NCBI GenBank assembly: GCA_963762255.1
Contig: CAVXKA010000002.1
Span: 1 to 64,000, forward strand
Source of the DNA: Candidatus Eiseniibacteriota bacterium
GTDB lineage: Bacteria > Eisenbacteria > RBG-16-71-46 > JABDJR01
Reading direction: 5' to 3'
Length of the DNA stretch: 64,000 bases
A model generated the notes under the pieces. The model did not search any database. It was not told where the DNA came from and saw nothing but the letters and a program-made list of their open reading frames with translations. The stretch's first letter is position 1, and each line of letters begins with the position of its first letter. Both the position numbers and the translations under genes were made by a program. This document shows, piece by piece, positions 41,674 through 51,956 of the stretch.

Positions 41674-43338
41674 ATGCCATCCCAACTGGATCACTCGGTC
41701 GACCTCAAGCACTACGCGCGGATCCTCACCCGCCGGCGGTGGATCATCCTGCTCTGCGTGGTGGCTACCCTGTGCGCTGCCCTGGTCGGCCTGGCCTTCG
41801 TGCCCCGCCAATACCAGTCCTCGGCCACGCTCCTCATCGAGGAGCGCAAGCCCCTGGTCCGCGAGCTGGAACAGGTGATCGGCGGCCTCGGCGCGGCGGG
41901 CAGCGATCGGCGCACCGAAGAGCAGCGCATCGCCCAGATCATCGGTTACGTGCGCAGCCGCCCCTTTCTGGAACGGGTGGTGAAGATCCTCAAGATGACC
42001 GACGACCCGACGGTGCGGGAGCGGGCGAGGGCGCGCCAGACCCGCTATCCCGAACTCAGCGTGGACGAGATCGGGGTGAGGCTTCTGGTCGAGCACTTGC
42101 AGAAGCGGATCGGGGTGGGATCGAGCGGTCCCGGCCTCTACACGTTCATTGTCCGCGACTACACGCCGGGCACGGCGCAGCTCCTCTCGAAGTGGATCAG
42201 CGAGCTCTTCATCGACCTCACCATGCAGAAGGAGCTGGAACGCATCCGTGCCGCGCGCAATTTCGGCGCGGACCAGTTGCGGGTCTATCAGGAGCAGCTC
42301 TCCTCCTCCGAAAACGCACTGGAGCAGTATCAGTCGTCGATCATCCAGCGGGGCCTCAACAACATGCTGGTGCGGCCCGAGAACTTGGGCGCGGCGGAGA
42401 ACCTCTACCGGCGTCTCTCCGACGACGCTTCCACGGCTCGCGCTCGCGTGGGTCCGTTCTTCCGCGCCGCGTCGGACGCCGGGATCGCGACCGTGGAAAC
42501 CGTGCTCCGCGAGGATCCCGACATCGCCAGCCTCACCGACAAGTTTCGGAACGCGCTCGACCGCAAGATGGAGGCCGAGCTCAGCGCCACGAGCAGCCCG
42601 GGAGGACTCTCCTCGGCCAACGCCACCCTTGCGGGTGCGCGCACGCAGTTGTATCAGGGGCTCGAAAGCAAGGCGGAGGCGATCCGACCCGACGCCACGC
42701 AGGAGTCGCGGCGGTCGTTGGCCGCGTACGTCTTCGCCGACATCGACGCCACCGCCCAGCGCAACGCCGCGGAGAACCTCAAGCGCTCCATCGACTCTCT
42801 GACCCGGTCGGCGCGCTCGCAACCCGCGGCGAACATCGAACTCACGCGGCTTCAGAACGACGTGGAGCGGAACCGGCAGCTCCTGCAATCCTTCCAGGCG
42901 CAGATGATCGCCAGCGACATCTCCCAGGCGGTGGAGACCACCGACCTCGGGCTGCGCATCGAGATCGTGGATCCCGCGCAACTTCCGCTCGAGCCGAGCT
43001 GGCCCAACCGGAAGAAGATCCTGGTGCTGGCCGCCCTGCTGGGCCCGGTACTGGGGGTCGGATTCGCGTTCCTGAGCGAGATGCTGGATCCCACGCTGCG
43101 CACGCTCGAGGACATCCAGCGGGTGGCCCCGGAGCCGGTGCTGGGCACGCTGCCCCTTCTCGACGAGACCATGACCCGACTGACGGGATTCCGGCGCTAC
43201 TGGTTGCCGGTCACGCTGGGTGGCTTGGTTCTGCTGACCGTGGTGTTCTTCACGATCCGCGCCACGGTCTTCCCCGGCCTCGGCGCATCGGTCACGCCGG
43301 TGCGGGCGGTGGAGCCGGTCGAGGGCCTCACGCGATGA
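41674..43338 (+). CDS. polysaccharide co-polymerase / chain-length determinant (Wzc membrane part)
   Basis: DLKHYARILTRRRW + TM, YQSSATLLIE, coiled-coil periplasmic region, IVDPAQLPLEPSWPNR + TM, PVLGTLP. Confidence 0.9.
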   Translation: MPSQLDHSVDLKHYARILTRRRWIILLCVVATLCAALVGLAFVPRQYQSSATLLIEERKPLVRELEQVIGGLGAAGSDRRTEEQRIAQIIGYVRSRPFLERVVKILKMTDDPTVRERARARQTRYPELSVDEIGVRLLVEHLQKRIGVGSSGPGLYTFIVRDYTPGTAQLLSKWISELFIDLTMQKELERIRAARNFGADQLRVYQEQLSSSENALEQYQSSIIQRGLNNMLVRPENLGAAENLYRRLSDDASTARARVGPFFRAASDAGIATVETVLREDPDIASLTDKFRNALDRKMEAELSATSSPGGLSSANATLAGARTQLYQGLESKAEAIRPDATQESRRSLAAYVFADIDATAQRNAAENLKRSIDSLTRSARSQPAANIELTRLQNDVERNRQLLQSFQAQMIASDISQAVETTDLGLRIEIVDPAQLPLEPSWPNRKKILVLAALLGPVLGVGFAFLSEMLDPTLRTLEDIQRVAPEPVLGTLPLLDETMTRLTGFRRYWLPVTLGGLVLLTVVFFTIRATVFPGLGASVTPVRAVEPVEGLTR

Positions 43339-44036
43339 GGGTGCTCGATGCGATGCACCAGGATTGGCCGGTGGCCACCGAGGTGCGCAAGCTTCAATCC
43401 CGGGTCTGGCGGCTCTCCCGCAAGGAGGGGCTGAAGACGATCCTGGTCACCAGTGCGGTGGGCGGGGAGGGGAAGACCACCACCGTGGCCTATCTCGCCG
43501 CCACCATCGCACTCCATCCCGATCGCAAGGTCCTGGCGGTGGACTGCGATTTCCGGCGTCCGCATCTTCACACGCACTTCGATCTCGAGCCCGGGCTCGG
43601 ATTCGCCGACCTGCTGCAGGGGCGCTGCACGGAAGAGGAGGCGATCCAGAGGACTCCGCTGCCGAACCTGGATCTGCTCCTGGCGGGCAAGTTGCGCGAA
43701 TCGCCGGGAAAGGTGCTCGACTCGCCCAATGTGGAGCAGGTGCTTGCCTCGCTGCGCGCTCGCTACGACATCATCCTGCTCGACGCCCCGCCCCTGGTGC
43801 CGGTGGCCGACGCCGCCGCGCTGGTGCCGCTCTCCGATGGCGTGTTGCTGGTGGTGATGGCGGGCAAGACCCCTCGCCCTCATCTCACCCGCGCGCGGGA
43901 GCTCTGTCTGGGAATGGGCGGCCGCATCCTGGGGCTGGTCGTCGGCAACGCGCGGGAGGCCGCGCCCGACTACTACAATCCGCGCTACTACAATGATTAC
44001 GGCTATGGCCGGACCCACCGAGGAGACGGCGAGTAG
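43335..44036 (+). CDS. CpsD/CapB family bacterial tyrosine kinase
   Basis: VTSAVGGEGKTT, VDCDFRRP, ILLDAPP, C-terminal Tyr cluster DYYNPRYYNDYGY. Confidence 0.93.
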   Translation: MRVLDAMHQDWPVATEVRKLQSRVWRLSRKEGLKTILVTSAVGGEGKTTTVAYLAATIALHPDRKVLAVDCDFRRPHLHTHFDLEPGLGFADLLQGRCTEEEAIQRTPLPNLDLLLAGKLRESPGKVLDSPNVEQVLASLRARYDIILLDAPPLVPVADAAALVPLSDGVLLVVMAGKTPRPHLTRARELCLGMGGRILGLVVGNAREAAPDYYNPRYYNDYGYGRTHRGDGE

Positions 44037-45075
44037 TCCGGTGCCGTCGTCGTCGGCGGGCGGGTTCCCGCGTGTCTCGGTAGTGGTTCCGGTCCTCGAC
44101 GAGGCGCGCGACCTCGGGTCTCTCCTCGATCAACTGCGCGAGCAGGAGTTCCCGGCGGGGGGCTTCGAAGTGCTCGTTGCCGACGGGGGCTCCCGCGACG
44201 GCACCGCCGAGCTGGTGCGCGCGCGCGCCGCGACGTGGCCCGCGCTCGCACTGGTCGAGAATCGGGGCCGCCGCAGCAGTTGCGGGCGCAACGCCGGAGC
44301 GAGCGCGGCGCGCGGTGACTGCGTGGTCTTCCTCGACGGTCACTGCTCGCTACCGCGGCGCGATTATCTCTCGCGCCTGGACGATCTGTTCGCCTCCACC
44401 GGCGCGGATTGCCTGTGTCGACCCCAGCCCCTCACGGAGCTCGCCGCAGAGCCCTGGGAACGCGCCATTGCCGCCGCCCGCCATTCGCCACTGGGCCACA
44501 AGCCGGGCTCCGACATCTTCGGCGGCGAACCCGGATTCACCGATCCCCGCTCCGCGGGCGCGGCCTATCGTCGCAAGGTGTGGGTCGAGTTGGGGGGATA
44601 CGACGAGCGATTCGACGCGTGCGAAGATGTCGAGTTCAACCACCGCGTCGCTTCGGCCGGGTACAGCGCCTACCGGCATCCGGATCTCGCCGTGTACTAC
44701 CGCCCCCGATCCACGCCGGGCGGGCTGTGGCGCCAGATGGTGCGCTACGGGCGCGGCCGCGCGAACCTCTTCGCGCGCCACCCCTCCACCGCTCCCTGGT
44801 CGCTCCTCGCGATGAGCACGGTGGGGATCGCGTGGGTCGTGCTGCCGTTACTGCTCGGCGGGGCGCGCGGCGGCGCGACGATGGTGTCGTTGCTGGCGCT
44901 CTGGCTGGCCGCGCTCGGCGTCGAGGGTCTGCGATGGGCGCGGCCGCGCTCCGATTGGTCTCGCGTGGCGACGGCGCTGGGCACGATTCATCTGGGACTC
45001 CTCGCAGGCTTCTGGCGCGGCCTCGTCGAAGCACCCCGTTTCCGCGGTCCGGTGGAGGAGCGGGACCATGGTTGA
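43993..45075 (+). CDS. GT2 glycosyltransferase (ExoA-like)
   Basis: VSVVVPVLDE, ADGGSRDGT, FLDGH, CEDVEFNHR, QMVRYGRGR, C-terminal TMs. Start uncertain (43993 or 44005). Confidence 0.9.
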   Translation: MITAMAGPTEETASSPVPSSSAGGFPRVSVVVPVLDEARDLGSLLDQLREQEFPAGGFEVLVADGGSRDGTAELVRARAATWPALALVENRGRRSSCGRNAGASAARGDCVVFLDGHCSLPRRDYLSRLDDLFASTGADCLCRPQPLTELAAEPWERAIAAARHSPLGHKPGSDIFGGEPGFTDPRSAGAAYRRKVWVELGGYDERFDACEDVEFNHRVASAGYSAYRHPDLAVYYRPRSTPGGLWRQMVRYGRGRANLFARHPSTAPWSLLAMSTVGIAWVVLPLLLGGARGGATMVSLLALWLAALGVEGLRWARPRSDWSRVATALGTIHLGLLAGFWRGLVEAPRFRGPVEERDHG

Positions 45076-46534
45076 CCGCGACCCGACCGCCTCACGCGGA
45101 ATACCGTCGGGCCCGGGCCTGCGCGAAAGCGACATCCTCGCGCGCGGCGCGCGGCGGGCTGCGGTCGTGCTGGCCCTGATCGCGTTCTGCGTGATGGTGG
45201 GCCTGGCCGCGATCGCGGTGAGACCGGTCATCATCATCGGCGCGGTGGCGGGGATCGGGGCGGTGATCGCGATCCTCGCCCGGCCCTACCTCGGGCTCCT
45301 CCTCTACACGGCGGTGGATCTGCTCCGTCCCGGAGAGCTCTATCCCGCTCTCGCTGCGATGCGCCTCGAGCGTACGGTCGCGGTGGTCGCACTGGGGGCC
45401 ATGTACTTCGACATGTACCGGCGCGAGGGGAAGCTCCTCTTCGACCGCTCCCCCCAGACGCGATGGTTCCTGGCATTCCTGGCCGCGGTAGCGTGCTCGG
45501 TGCCGTGGTCCTATTGGAGTTCGTTTTCCGCAGACGTCTTCATCGATCTGCTCAAGCTCCTGGCCTACTACCTGATGATCGTGCACCTGGCCAACACGCG
45601 AGGGCGGATCAGGGCGTGGACGTGGACGTATCTCCTCTTCATCGGCTACTTCGCAGTGACTTCGTTACGCGCCTTCTACGCGGGGGACTACCTGTTCGCC
45701 CAGGGGATCGAGCGGGTCGAGGGGGCCACGAGCCTGGGAACCGACCCCAACACGCTCGCCACCTCCCTGGGCTCTGCTTTGGGGCTCTTCCTTCTCGCCG
45801 GTCTGCGGGATCGTGCCCGGCTGGGCCGGCTCCTGAGCCTGGGCGGGATCGCGATGATCGTGTGGACGATCTCCTTCACCGGGTCGCGAGGCGGTGTCGT
45901 GGCGTTGCTGTCCATGCTGGTCTGGCTCTGGTGGCGCTCCCCCCGGCGCGTCGTGACCGGCGCCCTGGGCGTGCTGCTCCTCGTCGGGATCTTCCAGGTG
46001 CTGCCCGGGCAGTATCAACGCCGCTACGCCAGCATTGGCGAGTCCGAGCGGGACGAATCCTCGGAGGCCCGAATCGATGCGTGGAAGAAGGGCGCACACA
46101 TGCTGGCCGATCGTCCGCTCTTCGGGGTCGGAGCGGGATGCTTCGGGATCGCCCACGCAGATCATTACTCCTCGGGGCGAATGAAGTCCTATCTCAACGC
46201 GCATAACTTGGTCGTGCAGCTCTTCGCGGAAACCGGTGTCGTAGGAGGGGTGACCTTCTTCGGATTCGTGGTCGCCTTCATGATCGTGAACCGGAGGGCG
46301 GCACGCGTCTTCCGAGGGCGGGGGAGCGAGTGGAGGTTCGAGACGGGGGTGGCGGACGGCATCATGGCGGGCATCGTATTCCTCTTCGCGGCTTCGCTCT
46401 TCGGGCACAGCCTGTACCGGAGTACCTGGTACATCTACGCCGCGGCGGGGCTTGCGCTGCACCGCTTGGCCGTGACCACCGAGGCATCGGCGAACCCGGC
46501 GGGGTCGGTGGCCGGCAACGAGGGGGCGGGGTGA
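45068..46534 (+). CDS. O-antigen ligase/Wzy polymerase family protein
   Basis: About 10 or more TMs, DPNTLA, TGSRGG, SSEARIDAW, PLFGVGAG.F, AHNLVVQLFAETG. Confidence 0.9.
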   Translation: MVDRDPTASRGIPSGPGLRESDILARGARRAAVVLALIAFCVMVGLAAIAVRPVIIIGAVAGIGAVIAILARPYLGLLLYTAVDLLRPGELYPALAAMRLERTVAVVALGAMYFDMYRREGKLLFDRSPQTRWFLAFLAAVACSVPWSYWSSFSADVFIDLLKLLAYYLMIVHLANTRGRIRAWTWTYLLFIGYFAVTSLRAFYAGDYLFAQGIERVEGATSLGTDPNTLATSLGSALGLFLLAGLRDRARLGRLLSLGGIAMIVWTISFTGSRGGVVALLSMLVWLWWRSPRRVVTGALGVLLLVGIFQVLPGQYQRRYASIGESERDESSEARIDAWKKGAHMLADRPLFGVGAGCFGIAHADHYSSGRMKSYLNAHNLVVQLFAETGVVGGVTFFGFVVAFMIVNRRAARVFRGRGSEWRFETGVADGIMAGIVFLFAASLFGHSLYRSTWYIYAAAGLALHRLAVTTEASANPAGSVAGNEGAG

Positions 46535-46586
46535 GCCGCGGGCGACCGGGAGCGTGGGAAGCATGATCGGGTCCGGGTGGGATGAC

Positions 46587-47963
46587 ATGAGGGAGCGCCT
46601 CGATCGCTTCGGGGCGGTCCACCGCCTCAACGGCCTTGCCGCATCGGTGTGTGCGGGGGGGGACGAGAGCCGCGGGCGCCCGTGGAGGGCGGCGGAGCGG
46701 CTTCTGAGTGCCTGGCGCTATGCCGGGAACGAGCGGGTCGCCGGGAACGTGGTCCATCACGTCGAACGTCTCGTGCGGAACGCCTGCACGAGCGACGGAG
46801 CGTTGGTGCCGGTGGCCGAGAACGCGTTTCTCGCCGAGTTCGCGGGAGGGGCCAGTGCCCGCGCCATTCGCGCGCGCTACGCCGGCTATCCCCCCGAGGA
46901 CCGCGTGCGGTTGCGCAAGCCCTCGCGCTCCCACGATGCGGAACGGCAGGGCAACCTCATGGTTCTCAAGGCCGCCGACCCATCAACCGGAGAACGCGGC
47001 GTGCTCCTCGTCATGTACACGCACGGTCTGCGCGAGCTCCCGGCGGTGTTCGATCTTGCCGCGCTCGCGGGCCACTATCGCATCGTGATCGAGCCGAGTT
47101 GGTGGGGCTACCAGGATGCCGGGTTGCTGCTCTATCACGGTTCGGATCTGGACGGCATCGTGCTCGCGCAGCGCGGCGAGGACTACGACTACATCCGCGA
47201 CCACGGCTACAATCTTCGCCCGCTTCGCCTCGGCGCGGGGGACTGGGTTGATCCCGTCCTCTTCCGTCCGCGCGAGGACGGAGAACGCCCGCACGACCTG
47301 GTGATGGTGGCGGCGTGGGATCCCTTCAAGCGTCACGCGGTGCTCTTCGAGGCGCTGGCTGCCATCCGTCGCCGTCACGGGCGGCGGCTGCGCATCGCGC
47401 TCGTGGGCTACCCGCTCGGCTGGGACCGCGCGAGGATCGAAGCACTGGCTGGGCGGCACGGCGTGCTCGAAGACTGCACGCTCTTCGAATCCGTGCCCCC
47501 GGAGGTTGTGGCCTCGGTGGTGGGGGGGGCGAGAGCGTTCGTCCTTCTCTCGCGACGCGAGGGGGCCAACCGCGCCCTCTACGAGAGTCTCTTCTGTAAC
47601 ACCCCGGTCCTGGTGCCAAGCGGCCACCGCGGTGTGAACCTCGACCATGTCAACGCGGCGACCGGCCTTCTCTTCGAGGAACGCGATCTCGCGCAGGCGA
47701 TCCTCGCCGTGGTGGAAGGCGGGCAACGGTTCCACCCGCGGGAGTGGGCGCTGGCCCACACCGGCTGGGAACGATCCACGCATACGCTCAACGACGCGCT
47801 ACGGGAGCTGGCGCTTCGGTGGCGCGAACCCTGGACGCGCGACATCGCGGGCCGTAGGAACGCGCCGAACCTGCGCTACGCCCGCGCGGGGCTCTACCGC
47901 GAGTTCGAGACCGAGTACACCGCGCTGTCCCGCTGGCTCCGGCCTGCCGGCGCTTCGGCCTAG
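46587..47963 (+). CDS. GT4-like glycosyltransferase with an unrecognised N-terminal domain
   Basis: C-terminal half has AAWDPFKRH and LSRREGANRALYESLFCNTPVLV (E-x7-E). Start uncertain (46554-46587). Confidence 0.7.
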   Translation: MRERLDRFGAVHRLNGLAASVCAGGDESRGRPWRAAERLLSAWRYAGNERVAGNVVHHVERLVRNACTSDGALVPVAENAFLAEFAGGASARAIRARYAGYPPEDRVRLRKPSRSHDAERQGNLMVLKAADPSTGERGVLLVMYTHGLRELPAVFDLAALAGHYRIVIEPSWWGYQDAGLLLYHGSDLDGIVLAQRGEDYDYIRDHGYNLRPLRLGAGDWVDPVLFRPREDGERPHDLVMVAAWDPFKRHAVLFEALAAIRRRHGRRLRIALVGYPLGWDRARIEALAGRHGVLEDCTLFESVPPEVVASVVGGARAFVLLSRREGANRALYESLFCNTPVLVPSGHRGVNLDHVNAATGLLFEERDLAQAILAVVEGGQRFHPREWALAHTGWERSTHTLNDALRELALRWREPWTRDIAGRRNAPNLRYARAGLYREFETEYTALSRWLRPAGASA

Positions 47964-47970
47964 ACCCGTC

Positions 47971-49533
47971 TTACCGGCCTTGGGAGGGTGGCGATGGGGC
48001 CAGAGCCCCGCTCCGGCGCACGCGCCACAGCTCCCCGCGCTCGCAGCGACCGGCGGGGTCCGCGATGGCCTCAAGCCGGGCGCGGAAGGGGGCGTTGAGA
48101 CGGCAGGCCCAGACGTAATCGTAGGCGGCCTGGAGATCCTCCCACTTCACGATCGAGACGTTTGCCGTCTCGTCGTAGGCGGTGTCCCGCTGCCGGGGAG
48201 TCGAAGTGAGTTCGAGTACCTGCTGCGAGGGGTACGTGAAGATCGTGGGGACGAACGCGCGCCGCTCGATGGTGGCGTAGTTCACCACGTGGATCATGCC
48301 GCGCTCGCGCTGGTCGACCATCGGATCGCTCGCGCGCAGATACAGGGAGAAGACGCGGGCGCCTTCGTCCACCGTGCCGAGCAGGCGGACCTGGCAGGCG
48401 ATCTCCCGCCCTTGAGCAGTCCACGCCGCCCACACGCCGCCCACCTTCAGGAGCGAGGCCGCGAGGACGAGGACGAGGGCGATGCGCGCGGCACGAGGGC
48501 GCGAGCCCAGGTCGAAGACGAAGAGTGCGCACGCTAGGAAGGCCATCACGAAACGCACGTCGGCGTCGTAGCCGGTCATTGCCTCGTACGGCGAGGCGAC
48601 GTACGCGACGAGAAGCGCGGCGGCGGCGGCCAGCGGCGCCGGACGCACAGCGAAGCGGCTCCGTCCGAGGAACGCGATCCCCGCGGCCGTGGCGAGCAGG
48701 ACGAGGGCCGCCACGTCGAGGCGCCGATCGTAGGTGATGAACGGCGTCAACAGGGTGACGACTTTGCGGCCGATCGAGCCCCAGGAGACTTCTCCCATCG
48801 TTCCGGCGTCGAGCATGTAGAAGAGGAGGAACACGGCGGCCGGAGCGAAGCCGATGAGCGCAGCGACGTGACGCCGGGCGAGCCGGCGGGCCATCCAGAT
48901 GTCCGAGATGGTGATGCCGGCCACTGCCACGCCAAGCAGGATGAACCCGGCGAGGTGGGAGAAGTAGGTGAGGAGCGTGAGCACGCTCACCAGGAGTATC
49001 CCCGGCGGCCGGGGATGCTCGCGCCGCCGGACCCACACCGCGAGCGTGATGAAGAAGAGCGTGAGGGCGAGGTTGTAATTAAGGAATCCGTAGTAAAAGG
49101 TCGAGTTGTAGGCGAAAAAGGCAACGAGCAGGGCGGGAGTGCCGGTGCGGCCCGTGAAGGCCCGGCCAAGGAGAAACGCGCCCAGAACCCCGAGTATCAC
49201 GATGGCGCTCAGGAGGATCCGGCCGGCCGTCGCTGCCGAGAGAACTTGCATCATCGCCATCAAGGCCAGATCCACGGTCAGGTAGGGAAGTGGCCTCATG
49301 TCGACCCGGTAGTTCTGGGCCAGCGTGTCGAAGTCGTGGATGTGAGCGAGCACGTAGGAGCGGGCCAGGTGGTTGGGGTAGTCGACGAGCGGCGGATAAG
49401 CCACTGACCAGAGGGGGATGAGGAGGGCGACAGCGGCAGCGGCCATGAGGACGCCCGACCTCCGGTCAAACGGCACGGGCGGTGGCGGAGCACCGGCCTT
49501 GGGCGAGGAGCGGATCGGTCGGGAGAGCATCAT
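47971..49533 (-). CDS. multi-pass membrane protein, probable GT-C fold glycosyltransferase
   Basis: PPLVDYPNHLAR after TM1, YGFLNY, YFSHL, about 11 TMs and a soluble C-terminal domain. Confidence 0.65.
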   Translation of the reverse strand: MMLSRPIRSSPKAGAPPPPVPFDRRSGVLMAAAAVALLIPLWSVAYPPLVDYPNHLARSYVLAHIHDFDTLAQNYRVDMRPLPYLTVDLALMAMMQVLSAATAGRILLSAIVILGVLGAFLLGRAFTGRTGTPALLVAFFAYNSTFYYGFLNYNLALTLFFITLAVWVRRREHPRPPGILLVSVLTLLTYFSHLAGFILLGVAVAGITISDIWMARRLARRHVAALIGFAPAAVFLLFYMLDAGTMGEVSWGSIGRKVVTLLTPFITYDRRLDVAALVLLATAAGIAFLGRSRFAVRPAPLAAAAALLVAYVASPYEAMTGYDADVRFVMAFLACALFVFDLGSRPRAARIALVLVLAASLLKVGGVWAAWTAQGREIACQVRLLGTVDEGARVFSLYLRASDPMVDQRERGMIHVVNYATIERRAFVPTIFTYPSQQVLELTSTPRQRDTAYDETANVSIVKWEDLQAAYDYVWACRLNAPFRARLEAIADPAGRCERGELWRVRRSGALAPSPPSQGR

Positions 49534-49795
49534 GGGACGGAAAGCCTACCTGAGGCCATTCGGCGTGTCATGCTCGGGGGGTGCCGCTGGTTCGAATCCG
49601 TTGCCGCTGGGGGCGCCGGGCCGTACCATCCCCCCCTGCAGCGGGCGGAGGCCGGTCTAGCCTTCGGGGGAGCGAGGGGGGAGTTCTTCGTGAGGGAAGC
49701 GCCCCACAGTGTGGGGGAGAAGGGCCGTGCGGCTCACCCGGAGTCGCCTCTCGGCCGATCACCGAGGCTGGACCTTTACCTCGAGGAGTTGGACC

Positions 49796-51937
49796 ATGAT
49801 GCGGACGATCGCTGTTCTTGCTGGATTGCTATTCACCACGTCCGCCGCGTACGCAGCCGTGGACTTGAATGCCGCCGCGGTGGGCTCAGGACCCTATTAC
49901 CTCGATCAGGCCGGGACCACCTACCGGCTGCTCGAGGACGTCGCGGTGCCGGGGAGCGCCTTCGTGTTCGCCGCAAACAACGTGACGCTGGATTTGAACG
50001 GCCACACCGTCACTTTCGGCATGAGCCCGGGGGCGTACCGGTACGGGGTGGCGGTGCCCCCTCCCTATCCCCACGCCAACCGGGTGTGGGCGGAGTCAGA
50101 CATCCGCGTGTGGGCGGGAGCCACCGGCGCGGTCATGAAGAACGGGCGCGTGGTGCAGGGAGCCGGCCGTGCCGATAGTTGCGGTGCGGTGACCTTATAC
50201 GCGCAGAACTCGGTCACCATCACCGGTCTCGACATCCTCATCTTCGGCGACGACACCTACGCCATCCGGGGCGAGGAGAGCAGTAACTGCCTCATTTACA
50301 GCAATACCATCACCGACAGCACCCAGGTGGTGACCAACCGCCATCAGGGGAGGGCCGCCATCGACCTTTTGGCCATGGCGGATGGCCCCGTCGAGATCTT
50401 CAACAACACGCTGCACAACTGCCGTCAGTGGGGCATCCGGGTGGGGCGGCGCCGGCCGGTGACGGTTTGGGGTCACATCTACAACAACCAGATCAACTTG
50501 AACACGATTGTCGTCAACGGCTACGGCGTCGAGGTGTATTCGGACTTGATGGAGGTGTACGGCAACACCATCCGGGCAACGAACGGGCGGGGCATCCATC
50601 TTGACGGTTCCATGTCCCCCCGCATCCACGACAACGATATCATTGCTACCGAGCGCTCCACGGGAGAGTACAACCGGGCTGCCGCCCACGGGATCAAGCT
50701 GGAGAACTGCAACGACGCCGACGTTTACGGCAACACCGTGCTCTCCTACGGCGTGACGGACATCGCCGACCAACAGAGCCTGGGCTCGGCCTTGAGTCTT
50801 TCCCTGGGTGCGAACACGGTGAACCACGTCCATGACAATCGGTTCACCGCCCTTCACCTCGGCGGGGCGGCATTCAGGCTCGAGGACTACGGCAACTACG
50901 CCACGCCGATTGAGTTGTTTGAAGCGGACCCCACCGCGAAGATCACCATCGAGAACAACGTCTTTTCCAGCAATGATCGGATGTTCGCGGCGATCGCCTG
51001 GCTCGGGCCGGACGGCCAGCCTGCCCCCGGAGAGAACATCGTGCTGCGGGGGAACACCTTTCTTCGCAACAACGGGGGGGTGCCCACCGGCCGACCGGAG
51101 ATGCTCGTCATCGGGTCGAACTTCTCCAATCTGGTCTTCCAGGACTGCACTTACGGTGCGGGAGTCGATCTGCATCGCTTCACGCCCGGATGGCCCTGGA
51201 TGCTCTGCTCGTGGAGCGTGGGTTGGTCGGGGACCGCGCGGGTGGTGGATCCCGAGGGCTCCGCGGTGGCGGGGGCCACCGTGAGCGCGGTCGACGTCTC
51301 GGGCACGACGGTCACGAGCGCGATCACCGATGCCTCGGGGAGCGCCCCGCTCGCCCTCCCCATGTTCTCCGTTTCGACTTCGGGTGAACCGTACGAGCAT
51401 CTGGATCGAGTGGTCGAGCACAACCCGTACGTGCTGCAGGCCACCGTCGGTGGCTCGACCGTGCAGGCCACCGCCACTCCGAGCGCCCCCGGCGGAAGCT
51501 GGACCCTCACAACCGACGGCGGTACCGTGGATCCGCCGCCGCCACCTCCCGTGACGCCGCCGGGAGTAGGGGACTTCGGCTGGGCGTTCCAGGTTCTCAC
51601 TACATCGCCCTCGGCTGGGCCGGCGTCTGCACCGCCCGGAGCGGAGCTCCGCTGGATGTTCAACGAACCGGTCAGTCTGGGCTCGTTGAATTCCGGCACG
51701 CTCGCGGTCGTCGGCTCGACCACCGGCCTCGTCGCCGGCCAGATCGATCTTGGTCTCAACGGACGCTTGGTGATCTTCCGTCCGGCGTCGTTACTCGCCG
51801 TGGGGGAGACGATCACCGCCCGGCTGTCCGGGGTGGTGCGGAGCGCCTCCGGGCATTATCTGGACGGCAATCGCGATGGACGCACCGAGGGCAGCGATGC
51901 CGACGCGTTCACGCTGATCTTCGCGGTCTCCGACTAG
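49796..51937 (+). CDS. secreted right-handed parallel beta-helix protein with C-terminal Ig-like domains
   Basis: GAGGAG RBS, signal peptide, TLDLNGHTV, repeated IYSNTI/IFNNTL/IYNNQI/VYGNTI/IHDNDI strands, poly-Pro linker, Big_5-like end with LDGNRDG. Confidence 0.82.
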   Translation: MMRTIAVLAGLLFTTSAAYAAVDLNAAAVGSGPYYLDQAGTTYRLLEDVAVPGSAFVFAANNVTLDLNGHTVTFGMSPGAYRYGVAVPPPYPHANRVWAESDIRVWAGATGAVMKNGRVVQGAGRADSCGAVTLYAQNSVTITGLDILIFGDDTYAIRGEESSNCLIYSNTITDSTQVVTNRHQGRAAIDLLAMADGPVEIFNNTLHNCRQWGIRVGRRRPVTVWGHIYNNQINLNTIVVNGYGVEVYSDLMEVYGNTIRATNGRGIHLDGSMSPRIHDNDIIATERSTGEYNRAAAHGIKLENCNDADVYGNTVLSYGVTDIADQQSLGSALSLSLGANTVNHVHDNRFTALHLGGAAFRLEDYGNYATPIELFEADPTAKITIENNVFSSNDRMFAAIAWLGPDGQPAPGENIVLRGNTFLRNNGGVPTGRPEMLVIGSNFSNLVFQDCTYGAGVDLHRFTPGWPWMLCSWSVGWSGTARVVDPEGSAVAGATVSAVDVSGTTVTSAITDASGSAPLALPMFSVSTSGEPYEHLDRVVEHNPYVLQATVGGSTVQATATPSAPGGSWTLTTDGGTVDPPPPPPVTPPGVGDFGWAFQVLTTSPSAGPASAPPGAELRWMFNEPVSLGSLNSGTLAVVGSTTGLVAGQIDLGLNGRLVIFRPASLLAVGETITARLSGVVRSASGHYLDGNRDGRTEGSDADAFTLIFAVSD

Positions 51938-51956
51938 CCGCGCTATAGGGGGGGAC

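Noticed and set aside
49586-49602. GGTTCGAATCC, resembling a tRNA T-loop
   Set aside because: The flanking T-stem does not pair fully, and no acceptor, D or anticodon arms can be built.
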